Of a stretch of DNA of 64,000 bases, positions 47,765 through 57,138 are shown piece by piece. Every line of letters starts with the position of its first letter. Position 1 is the stretch's first letter. The position numbers and the translations under genes are program-made. The stretch is from Emiliania huxleyi CCMP1516 (lineage: Eukaryota), in assembly GCF_000372725.1 (NCBI RefSeq), contig NW_005202428.1:1287331-1351330 (forward strand), given 5' to 3'. The notes under the pieces were generated by a model. It was not told where the DNA came from. It worked only from the letters and a program-made list of their open reading frames with translations, and ran no database searches.

Positions 47765-48898
47765 TTACGACACGGGGGGGAGAAGGAGGGGGGGGGAGGG
47801 GGAGGGTCCGTGGTGGAGGAGGGGGGGGGGGGGGAGTCTCGCGGCGGCGCGCCGCAGGACGACGAGGGCTACAACGGTCGTCAGTACGTCGGGCCCCGCC
47901 GTCCCGAGGGCGAGGTAGAGCGGCAGCCGGCGCAGCGGCGTGCGTGGCGGCGTGGCGAGCCAGTCCGGGTCCGGGTGCGAGGAGCCGCCGGCGAAGGGCG
48001 GCCAGAGGGGCGAGCCTGTTCGCGCCGGGTGCTGTGAAGAGACGCTCTCCCTGGCACGCGAGGCGGGGCCGGGGTGTCGCTCTCCGGCGAGCGCCGCCGA
48101 GAAGAGAACGAAAGAGCGGAGGAGGCAGCAGAGGAAGAAGACGGCCGCGGCGGTGGACACCTTGCGCGCCTTGAGGTGCGTGTACGAGCGCAGGCTCGGC
48201 TCGATGGCCACGATCGCGACCATCTTGCAGGAGACCGAGAGGCCCGCCACCAGGGACGCGACTGCCAGCGCGAGGGAGAAGGCGGCGCTCGCGCCAAGCC
48301 CGAGCCGCTCACCGCCGACAAGGGCCGTGTGTGGCCAGCCGGCTGGCTCCGTGTCGCCGTCGCCGCTCTCCGGTCGGTCGGGGTGGTGACGGTGGGTAGG
48401 GGAGGGGAGCAGCAGCGGCGTGAGAGAGACGGCGAGGACGGCGGCGTGGGCGGTGTTGACTGCGGCGTAGGTTGGCCAGAGGCGGTAGAAGAGTGCCGCA
48501 GGCCGGACGGTGACCGGCGCCATCGCGCTGCTGGCGGACATCATGAGGTGCGAGTCCGCCCACCCACTCACGAGCAGGGACAAGACTGCGAACTGCAGCG
48601 CGCTTGCTGTGCCGTCGAGCAGACGGCTCACGGGTGCTGACAGGAGCCGCTCGTCGAGAGAGCGGCCATCAAGCGCGTCGCCGGTGTCCGCGGCAGTGGC
48701 GCCAGCGAGCAGCACGGCACACCACGCCACGCGAACAGCAAGGAGCAGACCAAACAGCACATACGAAGCGCGGCGCAGCCCACCCTTGCGCCAGCCGTGT
48801 TTGCCAACCGACCAGCCGCACCAGCCGAGCACGAGGCCGAGCGACGCGGCATACATGGCGATGGCAGCCTCCAGACAAACGAATACGGAGGGACTCAT
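47765..48898 (-). CDS. Multi-pass membrane protein, THH1/TOM1/GPR137-like
   Basis: Six to seven hydrophobic segments; LLAVRVAW, FAVLSLLVSGWAD, RKVSTAAAVFFLCCLLRS; 3' exon structure uncertain. Confidence 0.55.
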   Translation of the reverse strand: MSPSVFVCLEAAIAMYAASLGLVLGWCGWSVGKHGWRKGGLRRASYVLFGLLLAVRVAWCAVLLAGATAADTGDALDGRSLDERLLSAPVSRLLDGTASALQFAVLSLLVSGWADSHLMMSASSAMAPVTVRPAALFYRLWPTYAAVNTAHAAVLAVSLTPLLLPSPTHRHHPDRPESGDGDTEPAGWPHTALVGGERLGLGASAAFSLALAVASLVAGLSVSCKMVAIVAIEPSLRSYTHLKARKVSTAAAVFFLCCLLRSFVLFSAALAGERHPGPASRARESVSSQHPARTGSPLWPPFAGGSSHPDPDWLATPPRTPLRRLPLYLALGTAGPDVLTTVVALVVLRRAAARLPPPPLLHHGPSPSPPLLLPPVS

Positions 48899-49299
48899 TG
48901 GTTCTCGCGTGGTCAATGAAGCGCGCGGCGCGAAGGTAGCCGCTCGTGCGCCCACTCGCGCCAGCGAGGGCTGGCCGATACTCTATCTTGTTGTGTGAGT
49001 TCTTCCCGGGTACCGGGTAGAGGCCCCGCCCACCGAGGTATCCTCGCCGAGGACCTTTCGAGTAGCCGGATAGAGGCCCGCCCACCCCGGTTAGTATTCA
49101 CACGCAAAGAAAAACGAAAAAGAAAGGTTGTACACTTGTACTCGGTACAGCCTCCTGCTTGGGTTGTCTGTTTTCTTTCTTTCTTTAGCCTCCTGCGGGC
49201 GCAAAGGGTACCCTCTCCGAGCGAGCCCAAATCACTGTGACAGTCGCGATTTCTTGTTGGTCCTCAAAAATCTCTCCCATTGGGCCTACCCTTAAAAAC

Positions 49300-50260
49300 A
49301 ACAAGGCCCACCACCGGCGGCCCCACGACGGCGTCCTCGCCGCCTGGGCGGACGCGATGCGCGCCCCGGCCAACGCGCCGGTCGTGCACGGCGACAAGGA
49401 GAAACCAAAGCTCACCCGGCAGTACAACGAGGGGTACAAGACTGACCTCGCAGAACCCCATGCGGGGCCAGGAGGATGCGATGAAGTAAATGAGATCAAG
49501 CTCTGGACGCCCCTCCTCAAGACCTCCTCGACGGGCGTTGGCAACGCCTCGAGTGGCGGCACGCCCGCCTCCGTCGGCCACTCCTACGCCTTCGGCAACA
49601 CCGAAGAGAAGGCCCGCCGCCTGAACATGGGCTGCAAGGCGCGCGGGCAGCCCGGCCACAACCCTTCTCCCACAAGACCGGCCACGGCTACGTCAAGGCG
49701 CGCATCGCGGTTTCTACCACGACGCGATCTTTGTCAAGCGCAACAACTTCATTCAACCTGCTGCTCCACAAGACGTTCGGCGGCGGCTTCTCGCCCACCG
49801 CCGTTCTCAAGCTGCGCCGCCTCGCGCGCAAAGTCGCGCGCGGCAGCGTTGACCGCACGGCCTACTCGCCCAAGTACTCGCTTTCTTTTATGTCCCACCA
49901 TGCAGAGCGCATCTCTCTCTCTGTTGTGCGAGGCGTGAACCGCGCCATTCGCTCTCACCTGGCAACCCTGTCTGCACGTCTCGCGCGCGCGTGAACAGCA
50001 ACAGGGCTCCAGGCCCCAAATTACGTGTGAGTGTTAGAGTTGTTTGGTATTGCTAAAAATCTCTCTCTCTCTCCTACCCTTTGGCAGACGACACACGCAC
50101 ACACCCCGATTCACACGACAGGCAAGGTGCGGGCGACGGGTTCCTCAGAAGCAGCAACACGGTATTGCTAAAAATATCTCTCTCTCAGAAGCAGGGCGGC
50201 TGATCAGACAAACAAAATTTGGTAACAAAATTTGGTATTGCTAAAAATCTCTCTCTCTCT
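49300..50260 (+). mobile_element. 5'-truncated, frameshifted CRE-like non-LTR retrotransposon (RLE endonuclease end plus 3' tail)
   Basis: RPHDGV...TDL...EIK...LLHKTFGGGFSP...LRRLAR...ISLSVVRG resembles the restriction-like endonuclease C-terminus; followed by three copies of GGTATTGCTAAAAA+(TC)n. Confidence 0.55.
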
Positions 50261-50579
50261 CTGATCAGATCTCGATTTTTTTTGTTTGATCTCGATCAGC
50301 GTCAAAAGAAACAAAACAGGGATTGAAGAAAAACCCGCAAAAGAAAATATGCCTACTCCCGCAGAGGCCCCCGGAGGAATGCTCAACCGCTCCACGCCAC
50401 GCCGCGGTGAACTTCCTCTTCGTTCTTGCCCCGCACGTTTGTCTCGTGGTGTTGAACCGCGTTATTCATTTTGACGGCTGCACTCAGATTGCGCTGCCGT
50501 GCGCCGCCGCCTTCCACACCCTGCAGACTTCGGCAGCGACGTCGCCTTCTCGACATTCGGCAGCCAGCGCGTAGGAGGC

Positions 50580-52499
50580 ATGAGTGCCCCTAATTTCTGC
50601 TTCGCTCATGCCGCCGGCGCGAGTGACCAGGAGCGCGAACAGGAGCGCGGATACCAGCCGAATCAGTGGCCCTGTCACCCAGACGACGAGCAGAGAATTG
50701 CCGCGTTGCACGACTTTCATCTGCTCGACACCGACTTTGAGGAGCCGTTCGATCGGCTCGCCACGCTTGCGGCGCGCCACTTCGACGTGCCGATTGCGCT
50801 CGTCTCGCTCGTGGACACGGACAGGCAGTGGTTCAAGGCGGCCGAAGGGCTCCCAGTGCGGCAGACCTGCCGCGACGCTGCGTTTTGCACCCACGCCATC
50901 ATGCCCGGCGCGCCCACCATCTTCGAGATCAACGACGCCGCCGAGGACAAGAGGCGTGTCGCCCCGCGCCTGCACCCGGCCGCCTCCTCGCCCAGCTGCG
51001 AGCCTGCCCACGCGTCCGCCGGGAGTGCGCAGGTTTTGCGACAACCCGCTGGTCACTGGCGACCCGTGGATCCGCTACTACGCGGGCCGGGCCCTCGTCT
51101 GCGACGGCCAGCCCATCGGGACCCTCTGTCTCATCGACCGCAAGCCGCGGCCGCCTCTCGACGACTCGCAGCGAAAAGAGCTCATCATGTTTGCCGACAT
51201 GGTGGTCGACCTGGTGTACCGGCGGCAGCTGGCGAAGCAGTGCGCCTCCTCCCCTCGTCTCCCCTCTATCCGTCTCTCTCCCCCCTGCCCTGCTCCCAAT
51301 GCCGCGATTTGCGGGACGCGAACAGGCCTCAGGCCCTCTGCCTTGCCTCGGGCACGCTCTGCCGCCGCCGCCTCAAGCCCCTCCTCCTCCGCCGCCGCCG
51401 CCGGCAGGTACGAGATTGTGCAGAGCCAGCTGTACAAGAAGACGGACGAGCTGCAGGCCAAGAACCGCGAGCTGTCCGACCTCGTCGACACGGCCAACGC
51501 GCCCATCTTTGCCGTGGACCGCCACCTCGTCGTCACGGCCTGGAACCAAAAGGTATCTGTGCCGGCAGAGGACTGGTGGCTTCACACGGTGCCAGGGGCG
51601 GCTCTTTACACGGGCCCGACTGTGAGCAGGTCTCGCAGCTGACCTCGATACCGGCGCCGCCTCCACCCTCCGCCGCACGGACGCCAACCTCCGAGGTCGC
51701 ACCGCCGGAGCCCCGCCGCACGGCTCTCTCTCTAGGCCGACTTCATCAAGGGCGCCTCCATCCGCTGCCTCGCTAGCGGCGCGCCCTCCGAACACGTCGA
51801 CACGCTCGAGGTCTCGTTCCGTGCGCTGCAGAGGGTGCGCGCCGCCCTCGCACGCCCTCTGCCCCCCACCCCCCGCCGAGGGCGTGGCTGCGCTCTGCTT
51901 GCCCGCCGCGCAGCCCGCGGCGACACCTCCACGCCCTGGCCCGCCTGGCTCCCGCCGCCCCGCCACCTCGGCCGTGGGTCGGCGAGCGGGCCGAGTGCTT
52001 TGAGAGTCGACTCTGTTGACATCATAGGCTGTCAACGGGGAGCGTGTCGAGTGCTTCGAGATGATGATCCAGTCCAAGGTGCACGGCCGGCAGGTGCTGC
52101 TGCAGGTGTCGAGCCCCCTCCCCCTCCCCCTCCCCCTCCCCCTCCCCCGTGCCTGTCAGCCCGCTCCGCGGGGTCAGATGCGCAGGTCTCACATGCGAGC
52201 GAACTCAGAGGGAGTTGTCGTGCTTGCGTGTGCTGCTGCAGGTGTCCGCTGAGCCGCAGCTCAACGAGGACGGCCGGCCGATCGGCGCCGTCTGCATCGG
52301 CGAGGACGTGATTGCGCGGCGGCGCATCGAGGAGAACTGGTCANNNNNNNNNNNNNNNNNNNNNNNNNNNNNNNNNNNNNNNNNNNNNNNNNNNNNNNNN
52401 NNNNNNNNNNNNNNNNNNNNNNNNNNNNNNNNNNNNNNNNNNNGCCGCCCCCCGCACGACACGCGCCGGCGGATGCACGCAGGACCACTTCCTGGCCTG

Positions 52500-52531
<32 letters not shown>

Positions 52532-54420
52532 GCTTGCTCGGCATGCTGCAGTTGGCGCTGCTCTCCGAGGAATGCGCGAATACCACCGAGCTGAAGCGCC
52601 AGCTGCAGCAGGCAGCGCTGCCGACAGCGCCCTGTCCGACAGCGCCAACCTCTCTCTCCCTCTCCCTCTCCCACCCCGCCCCAGCCCCCCGCCCACCGCT
52701 CTCCGCCCTCTCGTCTCTCCCGCCGCATTGCTCGCGCACGCGCACCGCCGTGGCACCGCTGCGGCACCGTTGCGGCACCGCCGTGGCACCGATGCGGCAC
52801 GGCTGTGCACCGTGTTCCCTTTTTGCCGCGCCTCCGCACACTCTTGTGCTGCCGCGCTTCTGGAGGGGCGGCGGCCGCGCTCCTCGGCTGACTCGTCGTC
52901 TACCTCTGCCTCTCAGGCGCGCAACTCCGGGACCCTGCTGCTGAACTTGATCAACGACTTGCTCGACACGGCGCGGTTGCGGTCTGGTCAGCTCTCGCTG
53001 GAGCCGTGCCACTTCGAGCTGCTGCCGACGGTGCGGGAGTCGGTCGACGTGTTGCGCCATCGCGCCAGCGAGAAGGGCCTGCGCTTCATCTTCGAGATGG
53101 ACCCGGCGTTGGAGGGCGTGAGGGTACACTCGGACCCGACGCGGCTCTCGCAGGTCCTCCTCAACTTGCTGTGGGATGAATGATCGACTGACGAATCAAC
53201 TAACTCAATCATGAACAGGTCCTCCTCAACCTGCTGTGGAACGCCATCAAGTTCACGGCGGCAGGCGAGGTGCGGCTCACCGCGAGCCAAGTCTCGCGGA
53301 GCGACGAGGCGTGCGGGGTGCGAATCGAGGTCTCCGACACCGGCATCGGCATCGCCGGGGACATGCAGGAGGCCGTCTTCGAGTGTGGCCGCTCCATCGG
53401 CCGCAAGAGCTTGACGAGCCGCCTCTCGTCCCTCGACATCTCCGGCCGCTCCTCCATGTCCGAGCGCGCGCCCAGCTCCCCTCGGACGCCGACAGGCGCG
53501 CGGTGCACCGCCCGCCTTGGCCGTCGCCATCGCCGTCGCCATCGCCGTCGTCGCCGCCATCGCCGTGCACCGACCACCCCCCCCCCCCCTCTGCCCAGGC
53601 TCGTCGCCTGGCATCCCGGGCGCGGGCCTCGGCTTGTACATTTCGCGCCAGCTCGTGGTCCTGCTCGGCGGCACGCTCGCCCTCTCCTCGGAGCTCGCCG
53701 TCGGCACCGCCGCCTCGCTCAACCTCACCCTGCGAGCCGGGCCGCCCCTCACTCGCTCTCGCTCGTGCCGCTGCACAGGTACGTCCGTCTCGCTCGAGCT
53801 CACGCTGCCGATTGCGACGAGCGGCGAGGAGGAGCCGGCGCGGCCGCCGTCGGCGCGGAGCCCGCAGTCGCCGCTGCCCAGGTTTAGCGTGCTGCTGGTC
53901 GAGGACAACGACTTCAACGTCGAGGTGTGCAAGCAGCTGCTCGAGCACATGGGCCAGCGCGTCTCGGTCGCGATGGACGGGCGCGATGCCGTGGGTGCTG
54001 TCGTCAGCTCGCTCGCCGACGGTGAGAGAGCCCGCGGCGGGTGGCGCGCCCGATCTGCCCCGGCACTCGCGCCAGAGCCCCTTCCCCCCACCTTGCGAAG
54101 GCGCACACGAGTTCGACGTGATACTGATGGACTGCGACATGCCCGTCATGAACGGCTTTGAGGCGTGTGCGGCGTTCCGATTCGCCGCCCCTCCGGCCCC
54201 ACGGTCTGACTCTCGCTCACCGCGGCGCGCGTAGGCGACGGCCCAGATCCGGAGGATCGAGCGCGAGCAGAACGTCGCCAAGCCAGTCACCATCTGGGCG
54301 CTCACCGCGCACGCGATGAACTCGGTCAAGGCGCAGTGCCTCGAATGCGGAATGGACGCGTTCTTGACCAAGCCACTGATGCTGCCGGTGTTGCGCGAGC
54401 GGCTCGAATCACTCGCCTGA
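50580..54420 (+). CDS. Hybrid sensor histidine kinase (GAF-PAS-HisKA-HATPase-REC), multi-intron
   Basis: EQRIAALHDFHLLDT...FDRLA...LVSLVDTDRQWFK...AFCTHAI (GAF); ANAPIFAVD...WNQK (PAS); FLACMSHEMRTPLNG (H-box); NAIKFT, DTGIGI, GAGLGLYIS; LLVEDN, ILMDCDMPVMNGFE, FLTKP (REC). Confidence 0.92.
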
Positions 54421-55149
54421 TGCTAGGATAGATGAACTTCGGCCCGGGTTGTTGTCTCTCTCGCAGCGCGCGCCTTTACAGTGTCTCGCGCGGCGCGCCG
54501 GATCCTCGAGAGAGCCATACCACCGTACAGCCATGAGACGAGATGTGTACGCGCGGAAGCGGAGACCAAACTTTATATCACATGCGTTCGATGTTGCGAA
54601 ATTTACGTATTACGACCCTGGTCGGGAGAAAGACACGAACGTGTGTATATATCTATACAGTGCGAGGCGTGGCGATAGAAATCGGGGCGTCGGCATCCAG
54701 CAGCCGATTTCTGTTTCGGCGAGGGAAATCGGGCGAGCCAGCAGCCGATTTCTGTAAGCGATTTCTGCCAAAATTTTCTTCGGCGCTGCGCGCCGGTCAC
54801 TATACGGTCTAGATACTAGTACACTAAAAGGTTGCCCTGAGATACGAATTCAATCCTCCCGCTTAACCTTTATTTCGTGTGTGCGTGCTCGCTCGTGCCT
54901 CGTGCGCCGAACCAAGTTCTGCTTCAACAAACCCGTCGAGAGGCCACGTCACGCCGGTGTCCCCTTTTTCTGCATCTTTGTGGGTGTGGCAGCCCACTTT
55001 GCCAGTCCCTAGAGGTGTCTTTGACATTTGACTTCGATGTCTGGTGGGGGACGATTTATGTCTGGTGGGGGACGCAGGTGCTCAAAGGTTGCGGGCGTGT
55101 CACCACTCGCGCCTTCGCTCTCGACACTGGGTTCTGGACATGCAACGAC

Positions 55150-56367
55150 ATGCCGAAAAGGGAGCGATCCGCGGCGCAGGCACGCGCTGAGGCCGTGTAT
55201 AGACGCGCCAATCCGGATGATAGGGGCGATCGGGGCCGTGACCGCAGGGCCGAGAAGGTCGAGTACAGACGCAGACTCAAGAAAACGAGAGCGGAGGCCG
55301 CCGCCCTCGCGGTGCCTGACGCTGCTCCTGCGGCTCTCGTTCCCGTCCCGATTCCGTCTACCGTCCCTCGGCCACGGGCCCTCGGCCAGCACGGCAGGGG
55401 CCACCTGCTCGTCGCGAGGCAGCCGAGCTTGGCACTTCCGCCGCCCCTCGCCGCTCTTCCACCTACAATTGCTCCTCGCCTCGTCGCTCCGATCCCGCCT
55501 TTGGCGCCGACCGCGAGCCGGTACGGCGGCCTCGCCCTGCGCGACATCGCCTTTGGCAGCAGCCAGGGTCGCCTCGGCAAGGGCGGCCAAGGCACCGTTA
55601 GGCTTGGCCGCCACTACGGTGGTCGTCTCGCGGTGAAGCAGCCGCTGCGCGCGAGCAGCGCCTTCGCCTCCGAGTGTCAGATCGCGGCAGCACTACACCA
55701 TGAGAACATCATCTATGTGATGGGCTTTGCATGCGCCCCGCGCGAGACGCCGTTCCTCGCTCTCGACTATGCCGACGCAGGGACTCTGGGAGATTTGTTG
55801 ATCGGGGATCAGAGGGGCGAGAGCCGCTCCCTCGGCGTGCAGATTGCAAGAGCAATGTCGTACCTGCACACGCGATCTCCCCCCATCGTGCACCTTGACC
55901 TCAAGCCATCGAACGTGCTGCTGTCGGCGCGCTCTGAGGGGCTTGTCGCTAAGCTGTGTGACTTTGGGCAGGCGAGGCGACTAGCCGTTGGGGCGCAGCT
56001 CTCGCACTCAGGCACGCCGGGTTGGCGGGCGCCCGAGCAGGTGCGGGTGGCCCGCGACTTTGCAGTCGTGCCGCTTTCGCGTGGCACCGACGCCTGGTCG
56101 CTAGGGTGTGTCCTGGCTGCGCTCGAGGCGCCGTCGGGCGTCTGCGACCCGTACCACTTCGCCACGGGCGACGCGCCAGGCAAGTGCGACTCGCGCCTCC
56201 GACACGAGCTCGACGCAATCGTCGCGAACGGCTTCACCCGCCCGTGTGTGCCCGATGAAAGCCGGCTTGCAGGTGTGGTCAGCGCGTGTACGCACGCCCT
56301 GCCTAGCGAGCGAGCGACGTGCGCGTGGGTGCGCGCCGAGCTCGAGCAGCTTCTGCTGCAGCCGTGA
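55150..56367 (+). CDS. Intronless protein kinase (TKL-like), inside the transposon ends
   Basis: GKGGQG, LAVK, HLDLKPSNVLL, DFG, GTPGWRAPEQ, DAWSLG; basic and Pro-rich N-terminus. Confidence 0.9.
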   Translation: MPKRERSAAQARAEAVYRRANPDDRGDRGRDRRAEKVEYRRRLKKTRAEAAALAVPDAAPAALVPVPIPSTVPRPRALGQHGRGHLLVARQPSLALPPPLAALPPTIAPRLVAPIPPLAPTASRYGGLALRDIAFGSSQGRLGKGGQGTVRLGRHYGGRLAVKQPLRASSAFASECQIAAALHHENIIYVMGFACAPRETPFLALDYADAGTLGDLLIGDQRGESRSLGVQIARAMSYLHTRSPPIVHLDLKPSNVLLSARSEGLVAKLCDFGQARRLAVGAQLSHSGTPGWRAPEQVRVARDFAVVPLSRGTDAWSLGCVLAALEAPSGVCDPYHFATGDAPGKCDSRLRHELDAIVANGFTRPCVPDESRLAGVVSACTHALPSERATCAWVRAELEQLLLQP

Positions 56368-56605
56368 GCGCAGAGAGTGACGCGCGAGTGACGGGCGAGG
56401 CCGATTGTCGATCTCTTTTCTGGTTGGTGCCATGTTTTGAGGGTGTATGAAATCTGTAATTGTCAAATGACACCCGGCTAGGCCGACAGCCCCCCTCCCC
56501 CACTCGCCGCGCTAACAGTCTCGCACAAAATAAACAGCCGGGAGCCGGGTCAGGTCGTGTGGGCACAGCCTCAGCAGACACAGCCTGCGCGACGAGCCGG
56601 CCCGC

Positions 56606-57037
56606 CTAGGCAAAGGGCGAAAAGCAGAGGATCGCCGCATTCACGCCGTTGCGGCGCGACGGCGTCAGTCCCTCCGGCGTGACGGGCGGCGCGGTAACAC
56701 GCGCCCGTTTCTTGCCGCCGGCGTTGACCGGAGCGGTCGAGGACGACGCAGCGGCAACTACGCCGTTGACGGGAGCCGGGCTCGGCTTCGGCATGCGCGA
56801 GAAGAATTTGTGAAGTGTCCCATGCTCGCTTTCTGGCGAGAGGGCCATCAGGCGCTTGAGCGCATCCTCCTTGTACTTGGTCACCATGTGGGCCGGGAGG
56901 TCTCGGGCTTGGCGGCGCGTCAGCGGCGGCACGACCGGCTCGTCGAGGGGGTTCTTCGTGGCGGCGACCTTGCGCTTGTGCGCGCGGACGTACACCTTGC
57001 GGACGCGTGGCTGAGGGCACTCTCCCGAGGGCGGCAT
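56606..57037 (-). CDS. Small basic hypothetical protein (143 aa) within the transposon
   Basis: ATG-initiated ORF divergent from the transposase (~100 bp apart); basic clusters RVRKVYVRAHKRK and KKRAR. Confidence 0.5.
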   Translation of the reverse strand: MPPSGECPQPRVRKVYVRAHKRKVAATKNPLDEPVVPPLTRRQARDLPAHMVTKYKEDALKRLMALSPESEHGTLHKFFSRMPKPSPAPVNGVVAAASSSTAPVNAGGKKRARVTAPPVTPEGLTPSRRNGVNAAILCFSPFA

Positions 57038-57138
57038 GGCGACTTGCTGTGGATGTAGTCGATGTGTGCAGTGTGCAGGATTTGCACCCTTTTTGCATTC
57101 ATCCTGACACGCTGAGTGACACTACGCGAGCAGCACCC

